From Paraspadella gotoi (lineage: Eukaryota > Animalia > Chaetognatha), in assembly GCA_051294375.1 (NCBI GenBank), contig CM119269.1, positions 11,762,883 through 11,826,882 of the forward strand: a stretch of DNA of 64,000 bases. The letters are read 5' to 3'. Below, in pieces: positions 1-12,853 of the stretch. The notes beneath the pieces were generated by a model that was not told where the DNA came from, made no database searches, and worked only from the letters and a program-made list of their open reading frames with translations. The first letter of the stretch is position 1. Each line of letters opens with the position of its first letter. The position numbers were made by a program, and so were the translations under genes.

Positions 1-500
1 CGTATGAAGGAAAAAAAATTGTATCAGATAATGTGGCGTCTTACCTAAAATCTTTTGTATAAGTATTATAGACATGAAGATTCTTATAAGGAATTCGATC
101 TTTAAAAATTATCTGTACCATAAAAATTCAAGCATACTTATATCTAAAATTACGCAGTTAATGAGATTAGATAAACAATCATTGATGAAATCATGTCTTA
201 CCGTATTTTTAACTCATAGAAAATTCACTTGGGAAGTTCTAAGTGATGAAAGAAGGAGATAACTTGAGACAACCGTTTTTTTAAATGAGGTGAGGTTCGT
301 ACTAACCAATGAGATCAAGAAGATGGTAATTAGTGAAGTTCAGGATTTCGTTGTCTAAAAGACTCTGATTGTATGCTAAACCTACAACAACAATTTTATT
401 TGACATAAAAAAAAGACATGTTTCGACTCTGTTTCAAGTCTTTATCAGCGCATTCAGGAGCCAGAGTTAAAGAGAAAATATTATTAAATACTTAAGTTTG
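1..500 (-). mobile_element. Dispersed repeat, possibly the 5' end of a Penelope-like element; second copy at ~9305-9800
   Basis: Near-identical to 9305-9800. The minus strand has a degenerate hammerhead core at 415-448 followed by AATAAA and a decayed reading frame ([13 protein letters not shown]). Confidence 0.5.
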
Positions 501-659
501 TTTTAAATCTTAATATTTTAAATTTAAAGTTAAATTATAAAATTAACCGATCTTAACGGTTAACCGTTAAAAATGTTAGTTTAACGGTTAAGCGAATTTC
601 CTAAAAAATTAACGATTATCGGAACTCTACCTGCAAGCTACAGTTGTAAATTGGTGTAC

Positions 660-3600
660 CTGTTTGACTACGACGCCGATGAGGAGTGGAGCTAAAACTC
701 CAGTTATGGCCCCGGCCGAGTTGGACAGTCCCATTATGATCCCGGCGAAATCAGGGGCTATGTCAATGTGATTGCAGTAGAACCCTCCGCCGAATTGCGC
801 GCCATTAAAAGCCTGAAGATTAATATAACAGAAATGGGTCATACTAATACTGGTATTGGTATTTTTATTAATAGTATATCGACTATAGAATATTGCCAAA
901 ATATCTTTTGGCAGCAGTCTAGTTCGTACCTGTGCCATCGTGAGCAACACTATCGCGTAAGCTGGTTGCGTACAGTCTAGATATCCCGTCAGAACGAGAA
1001 ATATCGCCGGCGGGATCATGCCTAAGCTCGACATGAGCTTTCGGGCGTTTTTAACCGTTAGTACTTTGCCTTCGATAAGCAAATCGCAAATAATTCCGAA
1101 GACGTTGATGCAAATCCAGAAGGCGATGTACGGGATAGCGGAAAAGAAGCCGTTCTGCAGGTAATGATGAAATATGTTATTTTAGCTAATTATATTATGT
1201 CTAATTTGTTAACAACAAATGGTTGATGTGGTATAGAGAAGCGGAAAGATAATACTTATGTTGTAAAATTACAAATAATAAATTACCGAAACATCAGAGA
1301 GGAAAATGGCATCAGTACTTTTATATTTTCACTCACCGTTTTGATATCGAATCTCAGAATGTCCTTCATATACGTAGGTATGTTAGTTAAAAGAGTGTAT
1401 GCTCCCCAATCAGAGGCCGCGTTCATGACGATCAATGCCCAGACTGGACCGGACTTAAACATGTCCCTCCACGGGGTCTTCATGTCTTTCCGAGATTTAT
1501 CGTCCGTACTGTCGCTGCCTAATTCCTTTGTTAAAAAATCTAATTCTATAGAAGATATTCGTGGGTGAACGGCCGGGCTGTCCGCCGCAAACACGCACCA
1601 CAGAATAAACCTTAAAATGGAAGCAGTTTTTGCTCGTTAAAATTGTAATTATAGTCTTGTACTGGCGTCATAAACTGGTCATGTACTGGTCATGTACTGG
1701 TGTCGCTAAAATTTTACCATATCACACCGAAGATTCCGTAAATATAAAATATTGAGCCCCAACCATTATCAAACCCATAATCGCACAATAAAGCGGCCAA
1801 AGGTAAAGTGATGATGTTTCCCACCTTAAAATATAAAAATATTGTCATCTCTAAACGTTATATCTTAATCAAGAGGGCGGTCTGACTTGAGCACCGGCGT
1901 AGCTGAATCCAACCAACTTTCCTCTTTCTTGCGGTGGAGCCCATTTGGACCAAATCACGTGACAGGCGGGAAAGACGACGCCCTGGTGAGAAAGAAAGTG
2001 AGAGACTGCGTCGTTGTTGTTGTTTTTGATTATTGTTTTCAAGTTATTGAAATCAGAATATGAAAAAAAGAAAAATATGGCAATAAAGAAAAAGGAGTTC
2101 TTTCGCTTAATTTTAACATTAAAGATGATTCAAAATCGACTCATCACTTCTCACAAGACTTTAACAAGTTTGAGCAAACAATGTCGGATCTGCCTACGAT
2201 AATTAATTAATTAATTAATTAATCGATTAATTAATTAATTAATTAATTTTAATATGTAATAATTAATTTTAAATTTATATTCAACTTATCATCATCGATG
2301 TCCTTAAAATTGGGTTAGGACACTTATTAAATATGTTTTGTTTACATTTTATCAAAACATACAAATATCCTCTATTTTATTTTATGTCTCCTTCTCTCTC
2401 TCTCTCTCATTCTCTCTCTCTCTCTCTCTTTTTATGCAATTGCGACGATCTTTATGCTTTTAAGATTTTTTTAACTTGCATCATTTTTCACATTAATTAA
2501 TTAATTAATTAAAACATTTATTAGTAATAATTAATATTAAAGATTCAAGTAAATGTGACTAATGTTTTTTCCATCTAAACTCATTTCCACTGGCACAATT
2601 CCGTCAAAACTTTATATAATTATTATATATTAATAAATATTTAAAAGAAGACATCGGCGCCTCAGCCGCCGATCTCGTCTTCGGAGAAGGGTTAAGCATA
2701 CCCGGCAGTCTACTCGGCGACACACAGATCGACGATGAATCTTTAAACCAACAGCGTCGGAAAAAATTATCCAAACTTCGAGTCGAAGTCGCTCGACTTC
2801 AGCGACAGCGACATCCGCTCACCGTCAACCTGCAGTACATCTCCTTTAAAAGATGGTCTCGAATGGTCTCGCTGGACCATTCGAAATGTCCACTAGGAGA
2901 ATATGTGATTTATCATCTGATTATGCAGATTACCGCTTAATATTGTAGGCAGATCCGACATTGTTTGCTCAAACTTGTATGATTTAATTTGGGTGTATGA
3001 AGCTAAAAATTTATATACAGCTTCTCATCATCATGCTGCTTAAAATTTAGTCTGGACAGTTATTAAATATGTTATGTTTACATTTTATCAAAACAAACAA
3101 ATTTTTTCTATGAAGAGACAGTAATTATTTTGTGTTAGTTACAGAACCGTTCAACATAAGCAGTCCCTGAGCTTCGATAAGAACTGTAACACCGTGTTTT
3201 AAGCGGTAAGGCGCCGGTCGCTACCGGGCTAGAACCCCGGACCTTTGGTTGGGAGGCGAATGATTTGCCTCCGCACTAATGGCCGCTGATGAACGGTTGT
3301 AGATTTTTAGCCACCATATCTCTTTTATTTTTATATTCTTTCTCTCTCTCTTTTCTCTTTTAAGTACATGTCTCTCTCCCCTCTCTTTTCCCTAGTCACT
3401 GATTCTTAGGGAAAAAAACGAGTCTGCAGCTGGCTCTGCAGGGGCTTATTCTTTTTTTCTCTTCTCCTGCTGCTTCTGCTGCTGCTTTTGATTCTTTCTT
3501 ATTTTTCTGGGTGCCTCTGCTGCTGGCTTCTCTCTCTCTTTTTCACTCTCTTTCTCTCTCTCTCTCTCTTTCTTTTTTTTTTCAGGGGCTGCGTCTGCTG

Positions 3601-6600
3601 ATCAGTTTATTTTTTTCCTTTCTATTCTTTCTTTATATTTCTTTTTTCTTTTTCTTCTGTTTATAAATTAATTTTCTTTCTCAAATTTGATTTTTTGTAT
3701 CAAAATTTGTCGTCAATCCAGATTTTTTCTTATGCGATTGCGACGATCCTTATGCTTCTTGAGATTTTTTTTTAATTAAGTACAATGTGAGACGACAACC
3801 CGCCGTTAGAAAAAAAACGTCATTTCAAACTGGTATACTCACACCATCCCAGGCGTTGTGTTCCATCCACGTCCTAACGAGTTCCCTCTGATTGGCAAAG
3901 CTAGACCGTCCTAGGGTAACCGCGCCAGTTACTGGATGCGTCACGAGGGTCGGAAGCCCCCAAAGCCAACAGTGAGATGCCCCATCCTAATGGCATCACA
4001 GGCAACCCGGCTGTTGCCATAAGTGGTGATCCTACTATTGAACACGCAACCTTCTTAAGGTTACACTACGACAAACGCCTATAGCTGCAGACTTTGGGTA
4101 CGCTACAACAAAACCGCCTATGCCCCTGGAGTACGCTATGACAAACGCCTATGCCCCCACAGCTCGCGCTCTCTTTCTCCCACATGGTAAGTCTTGTCAG
4201 ACACTTTTCAGGCTGAGGAACCTGAGTGATGTATTGGCCCGGAATCCTGTGGTGGTGTATTCTCATATCCACGATCATCCCACACCATCCCAGGCGTTGT
4301 GTTCCATCCACAGTAGGGTGAAGTAAAAGTTTGGAATCAAATTTAGCAGTTATATTTTGAAAACTATCATATTAGTAAATATTAATCTGTAGTTTTTTAT
4401 TTTTTTTTTATAAAATAGTAACCCAGTCAGCTTATTTGTATATATACTACCCTATATAATGTCAAAATTTTAAAATGTTTTTTTTTAAATTCTGAGAACA
4501 GATTCAGATTCCTCGTTAAAAATGATGAAGAAAATATCTTTTTTTAAAAATTATTTTATTAAGTAAGTTAAATTATAAAAAATTATATTTTAAACCGAAA
4601 ATTGAAAATCCGTATCTTAAAATATTTTTTATATTTTTAACCAACTTAATAAAAGAATTTTTTAAAAATGATTCTTTCTTATGTTAACTTTTGCAAGGAA
4701 TCCAAATCCGATCTTAAAATTTAAGAATTTGGAATTTGAAATTTGAGCCTATATTATATATATATACTTAATACTATATATAAACATAGCTCACTGGTGC
4801 TTACCAATGTATACAATTAAAAAATAAATTTACCAAAGTATTTTTAATTGTTTTTATTTTTATGTTTTATGTGCTAAATTTTAATTTTTTAAAATTGTAT
4901 CATTTCACATCACTTCCTAAATTCACAGTCCGAACGACCTTCCTCTGTTGGCAAAGCGAGGACGGTCCAAGGGTAACCGCGAATAGTGACTAGATGCGTC
5001 ATAAGTGGTCGGAAGTCCCAAAGCTAACAATGGGCTAATCACAGGCAACCCGGTTGTGGCCATAAGATTGTAAAGTTATAGTCTTTATTTTGATATTCTT
5101 ATATTTTAAATAGAATACATTTATATTATTTTTAATATTTTTTCAATTTCAAAAACTCTTCTTATTTTTAATAAATTAATGATTTTTTAGTTAGTTGTGT
5201 TATTGATTATGCGTTATTATGGGTTTTTATTTTAGATGTAATTTTTTTTTTATTGATAAAGCTTAGAATCTTTTTTATTTTTATGTCTTATGTTATTTTC
5301 AATAATTAGGAGAGGAGTCCAGTTTACTTTCTTAATCCAGATTTATTGAAATAGATTATGAAAGAGAAAATAATATTTTAAATATAAAAAAGGTTTTATA
5401 ATCCGTGCAGTTTGTATTTTATTTATTAGATCATTTGTATTATTAAAAAAAATTTTCTTAAATTCTTTTATTTAAAGTCCTGATTTTGTAGTTTATTTAG
5501 TTTAAATGTAAAAGCCCTGAAAAGGTCTGAACGAAATTGTCGTGCAAATGCTTTAATTAACTGACAAGTGAAGAACATAAGAAAGCTGCTTTCCTCGGGA
5601 ATACAATGTGCCATATATGGATAGATTAACAATATCAAAGGTTAAAAGTTTACTTATAAAAGTGTTCTTTTGTAAATAGTTTGCACGAAAAATTCTTAAT
5701 TCATTTTAATAAATGGACAGGCTATGGTGGTTGAAGGCTCTCCGATTGCACTTTTGACAAAGATAAGTAAGATTAGCAGTGTCCCCTGCAAAGTCTGTTC
5801 CGGATAACCGTATACTGATTAACGGTTTATTAACGCGCGTTAAAATAATTTTAACTTAATTCGTTAACTAATACTCTCGGCTACGCCTGATATTTAACGG
5901 TTAAAATTTCGGTTAATGTTTCAAGTGTGATTTTTTCTATTTTTTGTAGGTATGAAATTTAAATTTTAAAAAGAAACTTTTTTTTTTCCACTGCTCTCTG
6001 CTGTATTTTCCCCATCTCCCGTTCTCAACCATATTTTTACGCGCTTCTCTCTTCCTCCACATTTTTCCCTAGCTTTTTTCCTTTATTTTTTTTTTTTTCT
6101 TACTCCTACATCATCATTCTCTCTATTCTTTCTTCCTCTTTATTATCTCCTATTGTTCTTCTTTTCTCTCTCCATTGTTTCCCCCCTTTTTCTTTCCCCC
6201 CCTTTCTTTCTCTTCTCTCTCTTTCCTCTTTGCTTTACCTTTTTAAATTTTGTCCCTTCCAGCAATATTATTCAATTTAGTAAAATAAATAATCCTTGAA
6301 GAGACAGTAAAATTATTAGGCGTAGTAAAATTTCTAAATTTAACTTTAATTAAAAAAATTCTAAAAGTGAGGAAGAACAACATTATACTAATAACATTTT
6401 ATGTAATAAAAAAATTTATAATAAATTTAGCAATTTACGCAGTAGGCCATATTTTATGACTAGTACTAAACCAATAAATGTTAGATCTTCAAAACAGGTT
6501 TTTTCTAAAGATTTTTTTGCATATTTGGTTCGTCATAAAAAGTGATAAAAAGAAATATAAACTCTTTTGAAAAATTCCTTCATTAAGTGGGTCAAAAATT

Positions 6601-9600
6601 AGAAAAAGCTAATTTTTAAGCTGAAAAATTAAACTTTTTATTATATTAAATATAGTTTGTTTTTAATTTTTAACGCGCACTTAATGAAAGAATTTTTTAA
6701 AAATATGATTTATATTTTCTTTTTAATCAACCTTTTGACGAGGAATTCAAATCTACAATCAAAATTAAGAAAAAGCTAATTTTGAAATTTTTCGATTTTA
6801 TAAGGATAGTACTATATATAAATATAGCCTACTGCTAAAATGTATAAAAACTAAAAAATTAATTTATTTTACAAATTAATTTCATGAATGTGGTATGTTG
6901 TTCATAATTGACTTTTAGAATTTTCGTTGTGAACTTTCACTACGCCTTAGTAATTATTGATTAAAGTGTTAATGACAAGAACGCGTTCAAAATAAGCAGT
7001 CCCTGAGTTCGGATCGGCTGTTAACATCCGTGTTACAGGCGGGTAAGCGCCCTCATCCCTCTTACTGCAAAACGACCACCGAGCTAAAGACCCCGGACCG
7101 TTTGGGTTGGGAGGCGAATGTCTTGCCTCCGGCACCAATTGGCCGCTGATGAACGGTTTGGTGGATTTTAGCTCCACCAATACATCCCCCCCTCCGTAGG
7201 AGAAGTCTGTTGCGTCTCTTCAGTGAATTGTTGGTGGAAAGTTCGTCACCAAGTTGAGGATGTCGCCTGATGTGTTGTGGCGAAAGTGCGTCACCAGGTT
7301 GAGGCATGTCGCCTAAAAGTGTTGTTGTTGCTGTTGTGTTCAGAAGTCGAGCTCACCAATGAAGAGACAGTAATTATTGTTATGTTAGTTGACAGAAAGG
7401 TTCAAGTATAAGCAGTCCCTGAGCTTAAGATCAGGTCTGTAACACCATGTTACAGGCGGGTTAAGCGCCCCGTCCCTCTTACTGCAGGCGACACCGGGCC
7501 AGAACCCCGGACCTTTGGGTTGGGAGGCGATGTCTGCCTACCAATTGGCAGCTGATGAACAGTTGATGGATTTAGTCCACCATACCCTTTTTACTTTTAC
7601 TTTTTCTCTTTTTTCTTTCCTTTTTTAAAACGATCAAAGAAGCAAACGAAATAAAAACCAATGAATGAAAAAAATAATAAAAAAACAAATAAAAAAAATT
7701 TTTTAAAAATTAATAATAAAGGAACAAATCTTAAAAAAGAACATTTAGGCTAATATAAACTCCTTCTTCAATAATGATGATATACTTTTTAATTAAACTG
7801 AGAAAATATATTTATTAATCAATAAATCTTTTTGATCAATCGATAAAACAACCAGTTCTATCAATAAATAAAAATTCATATTTATATTTATGGTCCAATG
7901 ACCATGGTCATCAGTTTATGAAAGGACTAACGAACAAAAACAACTACCAAAATATAATGAGGCAAGAGAAGAAAGTAGAGAAGAAAAAGAGAAGAAAGCC
8001 AAAGAGAAAAGAGAAAACAAAATATAGAATTTAGAAATTTCGATGGTATAATGATTATGGTGGTATTTGATGTATATGTTTGCGTTTAAATGATTAGAAA
8101 AAAATATTTTGTTTTTGTTAGCAGGTTCCGCGTACTAAACGTTGCATTTAGCGAAAAAAGCACTCTTTCCAAATATTGTTACAGTTGTTACTTACAATAT
8201 GGATTAACTTTGTAGCACAACACAAAATTAAGGCCGACGAAGGATTGGTTAGAAACATCATCACCCGTTTCTAATGAATAAAAGAGTACCCAATTTTGGC
8301 AACTTTTAGAAAAAAAAATTATGTCGCCATTTTTGTCCCATTTTACTTAACGACTTCTTGATTTGAAATGCCAAGGAAAGTTGAGTAAAATTTTTTTTAC
8401 TTGGAAATCCGTTCTTTCTTATCTTCTTTACCTCTGGGTAAATTTATTAGCTTTAAATCATTATAGTTTGCCTATGAATTAATTTCAAAGTTAACAAGTC
8501 AAAAATTTCAGTTTCAGTCTTTATCATAATTTGTTAAAGAAAAATGAATCAAATTGGTTTAAATTAACAGAAAAATAGCCTATTGAATAAGCTTTTAACA
8601 CTATAAAATTATCAAAAAAACTTCTTTGTGTTTAGCCACAAATAATTTTTAATTTTGGACTTTTTGTGACTTGCATTTATTTTTGATAAAGAGAATATTT
8701 TCAACTCATTCATTAGTTTTAAAAGTATGAGGTAACATACTGACCTTGAATTAATTAAAAAAAAACCGCATACTTTTAAACCAATGGAAAGCGTCAGGAC
8801 TTGTTTTTTCTCAGAATCGACAGATTTTGCGGAAAAAATTTTCCGCAAAAAATCTGTCGATTTACTAAATTTGCTAGGCAACCAAAATTGAAATAAAAAA
8901 TCATGCGCTACCATTCATTTTCTTTTCTTATAATGCATTTTAAAATATTTTCTTTGATTTGGCTAATGTAAACATAGTGAGAGGAAATAGGAAGGGAAAA
9001 CAAGAAAAGGAGAAGGGGAGAGAATGAAAGAGAGGGTGAAAGGCAAAAAAACGAAGGCAAATTTGGAAAAATAGTGAAACAATTGTAAGGTGAGAAAAGA
9101 AGGAAAATGAAAGAAAAAGAGGGAAAAAGAAAGGGAAAGAATGAAGATAGCAAAAAAAGGTGAGGAAAGTGCATAAGTGGCAGAAAAAGGTAGGGGCGAA
9201 AAAATAGTAAATGACAGCGTGTGGAGAAGTAAGGAGAGGGAAAGAGGAAGGGAAAATATTAAGAAAGAGAAGAAAAGAGTTAAAGAAAAAATAATCAGGA
9301 AAAGCGTATGAAGGAAAAAAAATTGTATCAGATAATGTGGCGTCTTACCTAAATCTTTTGTAAAGTATTTAGACATGAAGATTCTTATAAGGAATTCGAT
9401 CTTTAAAAAATTATCTGTACCATAAAAATTCAAGCATTACTTATATCTAAAATTACGCAGTTAATGAGATTAGATAAACAATCATTGATGAAATCATGTC
9501 TTACCGTATTTTTAACTCATTAGAAATTCACTTGGGAAGTTCTAAGTGATAAGAAGGAGTAACTTGAGACAACCGTTTTTTTTTTAAATATGAGGTGAGG

Positions 9601-12600
9601 TTCGTTACTAACCAATGAGATCAAGAAGATGGTAATTAGTGAAGTTCAGATTTCGTTGTCTAAAAGACTCTTGATTGTATGCTAACCTACAACAACAATT
9701 TTTATTTGACATAAAAAAAAGACATGTTTCGACTCTGTTTCAAGTTTTATCAGCGATTCAGAGCCAGAGTTAAAGAGAAAATATTATTAAATACTTAAGT
9801 TGTTGGACGGACGGACAGACAGACGGACATCGTTTTTTTGGCATAATTAATCATAATTCGATATTCTGACATGGTATAAGTGTGTGCCCGACAATATTGA
9901 GGGGGCGGACCGATGGACCGACAAAGTGAGTTATAGAGTCATGATCTGCTGATAAGCAGATCCGACTAAAAATGTAGTCGAAGTTGCTAAAACGGTCTTT
10001 TTCCAGTTTTTGTCAGCAGATCCCGACTCTATAATTCACTTTGCGGGTCCGTCGGTCCGCCCCCTCAATATTGTCGGGCACTAACTTATATCATGTCAGA
10101 ACATCGAATAATGATAAATTATTCAAAAAAAATGATGTCCGTCCGTCGTCCGTCCGTCCGTCCCACCTTAGCAAAAAACACCAATTACTCGTGATTGATG
10201 GATGGATTTGAATAAAATTTTTGTGTGTGGGTAGGGAAGTATGTGATTGAGCTGGATATGAAGTTTCGATGGAATCGCTCGCGAGTGAAATGAGTTTAAA
10301 TGGAAAAAACAAAAAAATATATTCACTATTTGAACACAATTGCTCATGACTGGATGAGCTGATTGACCTGGAATTTTGTATGTGGGTAGGAAAGTGTGTG
10401 ATTGAACAGGAATCAAGTTTCGATGGAATAGTTTGAGTGGAAATGAGTTTAAATGGAAAAAAAACAAAAAACCTGTTTCTACTAATTGATTATGCTTTTT
10501 TTCCTTTATATTAAATGTATATGCAGGATGTATTAATAAATCAAATAAATAATCAGTAAATAAATTAATCAATAATTAATTAATTAGTCAATCAATCCGT
10601 CCATCCGTCTCACCTTAGCAAAAAGCTCCAATAATCGTGATTGGCTGGTTGGATTGGAATTAAATTTTGTGTGTGGGTAGGAAAGTGTTGTGATAAAGCT
10701 GGATATAAAGTTTCGATGGAATCATGTGAGTGGAAATTAGTTTTAAATGGAAAAAACATAACCAATAAGTTATAAGTTATTTAATCATAATTGGATGGAT
10801 AGATTGAGTTGAAATTTTGTGTGTGGGTAGGAAATGTCTGTCGAAGCTTGATATAAAGTTTCGGTGGAAACGTACCAGTGGGAATGAGTTTAAATGAAAA
10901 AAATATGAGTCACATTTACTTGAATATTTTTATTTATTTTAACCCATGATAGATTGAGATGAATTTTGAGAGGCCGGTAGGAAAGTGAGTGAAGAAGCTA
11001 GATATAAAGTTTTGACGGAATGCAAGTTGAAAAAATTATGCAAGTTGAAAAATGATGGCAAGTTAAAAAATCTTAAAAGCATAAGGATCGCTTCGCAATT
11101 GCATAAAAAGGAGAGAGGAGAGAGAAAGAGAAGAGAGTGAGAGAGAGAAAGAGAGAGAGTGAAGAGAGAGAGAGAGAAAAGAGAGAGAGTGGAGAGATGG
11201 AGAGAGAGAGAGAGAGAGAGAGAGAAGGAGACATAAATAAAATAGAGGATATTTTTTGTTTTGATAAAATGTAAACAAAACATTTAATAACTGTCCTGAC
11301 TCAATTTTAAGGACAGCGATGATGACAACTGAATATAAATTATAATTAATTATTAAAATTAATTAATTAATTAATCAATTAATTAATTAATTAATTATCA
11401 AACTTGTTAAATAACTTGACTCTCACCTCTCCCAAGCCTTGGATTATCCGGAGAATTATGACGAGAACGTAATGCGTTCTGGCGGCGGCGGGAATGAGCA
11501 GCGCCGCCACTGCAACCATCAACATTCCGCCTCCGAGAATCCATTTCCCGCCAAAACGTCCCGCCAACCAACCGCCGATAATCTGGACAAACAAATTGAC
11601 AACTCAACCGTCGTAAACTTCCATGGTTATCAAGAAAATGACAATATATTCTCACAATCAAAATTTTTTCAGTAACTATTAGGTTGCACATTGTACAATG
11701 TACAATATGCAGGGAAGTCTACAACAAGTACGTTGCACTACACTGAAGATCACTTAGTAACGTTAATGATTGAACTCACTTGAGTAGCTAAATATCCGTA
11801 GAAAAAAGATCCCAAAACGATTCCTTGAATGGGACGACTCCAAACTATATCTCCTCTTTCTGACGCTCTTTCCTCTTTTTCCTTTTTGTTTAAAAATTTA
11901 ATTATTTAAAATTAATGAAATTAAGTTTTGTAAGGTCAGTGAGAAAACCTTACCTGAGAATTATTGAATTGATTAGACCATTCAGACTGAGCACATTTGT
12001 CCTCAATTGGCATTGGAGTCGTTGATGTCAAGTTTGTATCTACAAATCGTTATAATCAATAGACAAAGGTAATTAGTAAGTGAAAAATGAATATCACTTT
12101 TAAAAATATTAAGTCGTATGGTGGACTAACTAAATCCACCAACTGTTCATCAGCTGCCATTGGTGCAGGAAGCCTCCCAACCCAAAGGTCCGGGGTTCTG
12201 GCCCGGTGGTCGCCTTGCAGTTCAGAGGGACGGGGCGCTTAACCCGCCTGTAACATGGTGTTACAACCTGATCTTAAGCTGAGGGACTGCTTATATTGAA
12301 CCTTTCTGTCACTAACTCATAACAAATATTACTGTCTCTTCATTGGTGAGCTCGACTTCTGAACCCAACAGCAACAACAACACTTTTAGGCGACATGCCT
12401 CAACCTGGTGACGCACTTTCTGCCAGCAACACATCAGGCGACATGCCTCAACTTGGTGACGAACTTTCCACCAACAATTCACTGAAGAGACGCAACAGAT
12501 GTCTCTTCAGTCGTAACAATTACCATTGATTGTTTGGGTTGTGACGCTGGTAAGCTCCAAATTTTCTACTGCAGTTTGGTTCACCATGCACACAATCGCG

Positions 12601-12853
12601 ACGCTGAGATTTATTCTCTGCGCATAGAGATTTATAAATCCTAAGAAACTGACCAAGGCCAGACACATGCGAGAAGATCCGAGCAGAGGAGCTTGAAATT
12701 TAAAAAAAATAACTTCATGGAGATTAAACCAATATAACAATTAAATTCTCATTTGTCGCCGTTTTGTTTTATTTCGAACTTTTTTAAGGGATTAAATGTT
12801 TAATAACCTGAATTTTTTGCCATAATCAGTTTAAATTCCGAATTGCTCAACAT
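660..12853 (-). CDS. SLC17-family (sialin/vesicular anion transporter-like) MFS gene; 3' end lies beyond the window start
   Basis: GT-AG exons with consistent phases: 12853(or 12823)-12808, 12691-12524, 12039-11954, 11881-11780, 11582-11427, 1982-1887, 1824-1718, 1610-1337, 1154-930, 812-660. The translation has SLC17 hallmarks: [121 protein letters not shown]. The first exon is less certain. The 9.4-kb intron 1983-11426 is filled with repeats. Confidence 0.95.
2641..2850 (+). mobile_element. Gypsy LTR retrotransposon integrase C-terminal fragment (CsRn1/Kabuki-like)
   Basis: Translates [27 protein letters not shown]...LRVEVARLQ, then frameshifts to TATSAHRQP. This resembles the KEDxxxSxAELVYGxxLxxPG segment that follows the integrase core. 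Confidence 0.75.
3111..3316 (-). mobile_element. Solo LTR of the TRIM family
   Basis: TGAAGAGAC...CCACCA on the plus strand; reverse complement of the LTRs at 32373-32608 and 32799-33032. Confidence 0.85.
3830..5066 (+). mobile_element. Two copies of a SINE-like repeat (3830-4030; 4270-5066 split by a hAT MITE)
   Basis: Reverse complement of the repeat at 47960-48200 (shared CACACCATCCCAGGCGTTGTGTTCCATCCAC...GGCAACCCGG). Confidence 0.6.
4314..4920. mobile_element. hAT-type MITE
   Basis: Begins TAGGGTGAAG; flanks ATCCACAG/ATTCACAG form an 8-bp TSD with 1 mismatch; inverted homolog of 47008-47600. Confidence 0.8.
6297..7582 (-). mobile_element. Full TRIM copy (LTR-internal-LTR) with a hAT MITE nested in one LTR
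   Basis: LTR end TGAAGAGACAG at 6297, interrupted at 6317-6949; internal region ~7180-7359; second LTR ends TCCACCA at 7582. Confidence 0.85.
6317..6949. mobile_element. hAT-type MITE
   Basis: TIR TA(A)GGCGTAGT...ACTACGCCTTA; GTAATTAT-like flanking duplication; homolog at 15047-15601. Confidence 0.8.
9805..11407. mobile_element. Head-to-head DINE-1/Helentron-like non-autonomous elements
   Basis: GCAGATCC(C)GAC inverted repeats, (GTCC)n microsatellite, internal tandem subrepeats, AACTTGTT end. Confidence 0.6.
12119..12509 (+). mobile_element. TRIM copy with internally deleted 3' LTR
   Basis: 5' LTR 12119-12342 (TG...CA); PBS-like TGGTGAGCTCGAC at 12344; perfect 6-bp TSD GTCGTA at 12113-12118 and 12510-12515. 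Confidence 0.9.

Noticed and set aside
7143-7180. Hammerhead in the TRIM LTR (CTGATGA followed by a hairpin), i.e. a retrozyme
   Set aside because: No GAAA and stem III after the hairpin, and it lies on the antisense strand of the element.
12507-12523. Premature stop in SLC17 caused by the TRIM
   Set aside because: The exon ends at the GTAATT donor (12523), so the stop is intronic and the frame continues in the next exon.
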